The translations under genes and the position numbers were made by a program. Positions 62,495 through 64,000 of a stretch of 64,000 nucleotides of DNA are shown piece after piece (positions within the stretch are counted from its first letter, which is position 1; each line of letters begins with the position of its first letter). Source of the DNA: Nitrospiria bacterium. GTDB taxonomy: Bacteria > Nitrospirota > Nitrospiria > DASWJH01. Location of the stretch: NCBI GenBank assembly GCA_036397255.1, contig DASWJH010000004.1, positions 31 to 64,030 of the forward strand. The letters run 5' to 3'. Under the pieces are notes generated by a model. It made no database searches and had not been told where the DNA came from. It saw nothing but the letters and a program-made list of their open reading frames with translations.

Positions 62495-62522
62495 TTGACA
62501 GTAAGAGGGTTCCAGATATACT
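62495..62522 (+). promoter_or_regulatory. Candidate promoter of the YcxB-like gene
   Basis: TTGACA (62495..62500), a 16-nt spacer, then TATACT (62517..62522). Confidence 0.45.
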
Positions 62523-62637
62523 TGATTTTATTGCTTTAATAAAGGATGGTGTTGTTGTGTTTCATTATTTACCCCTAGATCCCCCAAATAAAATGGGAAT
62601 AGGTTGAAATTTGTTTTCCCTTTGAAGCTTTTGAAAT

Positions 62638-63189
62638 ATGGAAATTAGCGTGGAAGGAAATATCACCAGAGAAGATTTTGCGGAGGCCTATGCCTATCTT
62701 CAGCAGAAGGTGGGAAAAAAATTTAAGAATATTGAACCTCCCTTTTTCGGGTTTTTTCATATGCTGGTCATTGGTTTAATTATAGGAATCGGGTTGAATG
62801 CACTGCGTCATTTTGGAATTTTTTCTTTTCACCTTGAGCCGATTACCGCCGCAGTGGTTCTTGTTTTGTTTGTTTTTGTGATCTTATTCCTGATACCGCT
62901 TTATAGGACAGTTCCAAAAAATCTCCCATTAGATAATGGGTCCATACTGGGCCATCATAAATATATGGTGGATGAGAAAGGGTTTACGGAGGAGACTAAG
63001 GCCTTTAACTGCTTAACCCATTGGAAAGGAATCAAGGCCGTAGAGGAGACCCAAAACCAAATTTACATTTTTATCGATACACATTATGCTCATTTTATTC
63101 CCAAACGGTTTTTTCCTTCGGATTATGTTTTGCGGGAATTTACGGAAACACTTCGAAAAAATATGAAAGAAGGGGCAACCTTAATTTAA
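62638..63189 (+). CDS. YcxB-like membrane protein (hypothetical)
   Basis: 183 aa with two central TM helices. C-terminal pattern W..I..VEET...IYIF.....A.FIPKR.F is typical of the YcxB family. Confidence 0.5.
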   Translation: MEISVEGNITREDFAEAYAYLQQKVGKKFKNIEPPFFGFFHMLVIGLIIGIGLNALRHFGIFSFHLEPITAAVVLVLFVFVILFLIPLYRTVPKNLPLDNGSILGHHKYMVDEKGFTEETKAFNCLTHWKGIKAVEETQNQIYIFIDTHYAHFIPKRFFPSDYVLREFTETLRKNMKEGATLI

Positions 63190-63198
63190 AGACCAGAC

Positions 63199-63642
63199 TT
63201 GAAAAAAAGAATTGGTTTGGAGTTTTTTATGGAATTAGAAGTTCTCCTTTTCTCTGTTTTTTTAATTTTCTCAGGGGGGTTTATTTTTCATTCGATAAGG
63301 CAAAAGATGGCGTATGGGAAGGTGGTCAACCAAGCATGGCAAAGGTTTGCTGAAGCAAAGGGTCTCGTGGAGGAAAAACCTCAACTGACGAAGGTCAAAG
63401 AAATTAATTTAAAAATGGTTTTAGAACCGTTTAAAAATAGTACTTTAACCTCGGTAGAACCAGGGCTAAGGGATTTAATTTTCAAAGGAAAGAATCAAGG
63501 ATTTCCTTTTGTATTGGAAACCATTACCGTTGGAAATAGGGAAAACGGTTATAAAAAATTCACGCGCATGACTCTGGAGATGCCTAATGCCCCTAGTGTA
63601 AAATCTACCCGGAGACCTATTGGAGTAAAATCGGTAAAATGA
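63199..63642 (+). CDS. Membrane-anchored hypothetical protein, possibly the 5' part of a frameshifted gene
   Basis: 147 aa with an N-terminal TM. It ends in an ATGA overlap with the next ORF. Confidence 0.4.
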   Translation: MKKRIGLEFFMELEVLLFSVFLIFSGGFIFHSIRQKMAYGKVVNQAWQRFAEAKGLVEEKPQLTKVKEINLKMVLEPFKNSTLTSVEPGLRDLIFKGKNQGFPFVLETITVGNRENGYKKFTRMTLEMPNAPSVKSTRRPIGVKSVK

Positions 63643-63902
63643 TTGGGGCTCAGGGAATTAAAATAGGCGATTCATTATTTGATCAAACCTTTGTGGTAAA
63701 AGGGAAAAGTTCCATTGAGGTAAAGCATTTTCTTAATGCGGGACGGCGGATGGACCTCCTGAATGTTTATAAAAACCTTAAAGGTTTTCAAATAGATGAA
63801 GGGAAGCTGTTTGTTATTAGAAAAGGTCAACCCGAAAACCATACTGAGCTTGAACAGATATTTTCAAGGATGGGACAGTTAGCCATTTCTCTTTCTTCAT
63901 AA
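63639..63902 (+). CDS. Hypothetical protein, possibly the 3' part of the same frameshifted gene
   Basis: 87 aa. Its frame is open back to 63597 and reads CKIYPETYWSKIGK before the annotated Met. Confidence 0.4.
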   Translation: MIGAQGIKIGDSLFDQTFVVKGKSSIEVKHFLNAGRRMDLLNVYKNLKGFQIDEGKLFVIRKGQPENHTELEQIFSRMGQLAISLSS

Positions 63903-64000
63903 ACTCCACTGATTTCCATTTCTCCAATTTTACATTGAAAAAATTAGGAATTTCAGATAAAGAGAAGTGGACCTTTTGTTCTTTTATGGGTTTAAGCTTT

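Overview
This 64-kb chromosomal window spans the replication origin of a diderm bacterium. GC looks like roughly 45-50% by eye, and the phylum cannot be assigned from sequence alone.

Left arm, almost all on the minus strand:
- nrdR-glyA-rpiB
- a plus-strand DUF721/DciA-like gene
- a stand-alone Clp-D2-like AAA+ ATPase
- a TPR protein
- gyrA, gyrB, dnaN, dnaA

An AT-rich oriC candidate with an inverted pair of DnaA-box-like 9-mers lies at 13.33-13.73 kb.

Right arm, plus strand: rpmH-rnpA-yidD-yidC-mnmE-[parS]-mnmG-rsmG-[parS]-parA-parB-bactofilin-mnmA, then a 1088-aa repeat-rich surface protein, then atpHAGDC without atpBEF.

The remainder is mixed:
- PilZ, a methyltransferase, a permease, an HTH-MBL hydrolase, an ArfB-like factor, a ChaN-PDZ protein and a rhomboid protease.
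- A minus-strand envelope cluster running OmpR-type regulator, histidine kinase, spondin-N protein, DM13 protein, small beta-barrel, thioredoxin-like protein, MsrP. I consider this the most interesting candidate system: MsrP has no adjacent MsrQ, and the cluster has Met/His-rich motifs and 22-bp direct repeats.
- rarA.
- The conserved pheA-hisC-tyrA-aroA-cmk-plsC-rpsA-sppA-ihfB block.
- hisS and tRNA-Cys.
- A more AT-rich variable stretch with a REP-like element, SemiSWEET, an orphan methyltransferase, an asparaginase, a YcxB-like gene and a probable frameshifted gene.

The window starts with a hairpin-rich A-B-B-A repeat array. I saw no rRNA, transposase, integrase, CRISPR array or recognisable defence genes. 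All homology calls come from reading motifs by eye; no searches were run.
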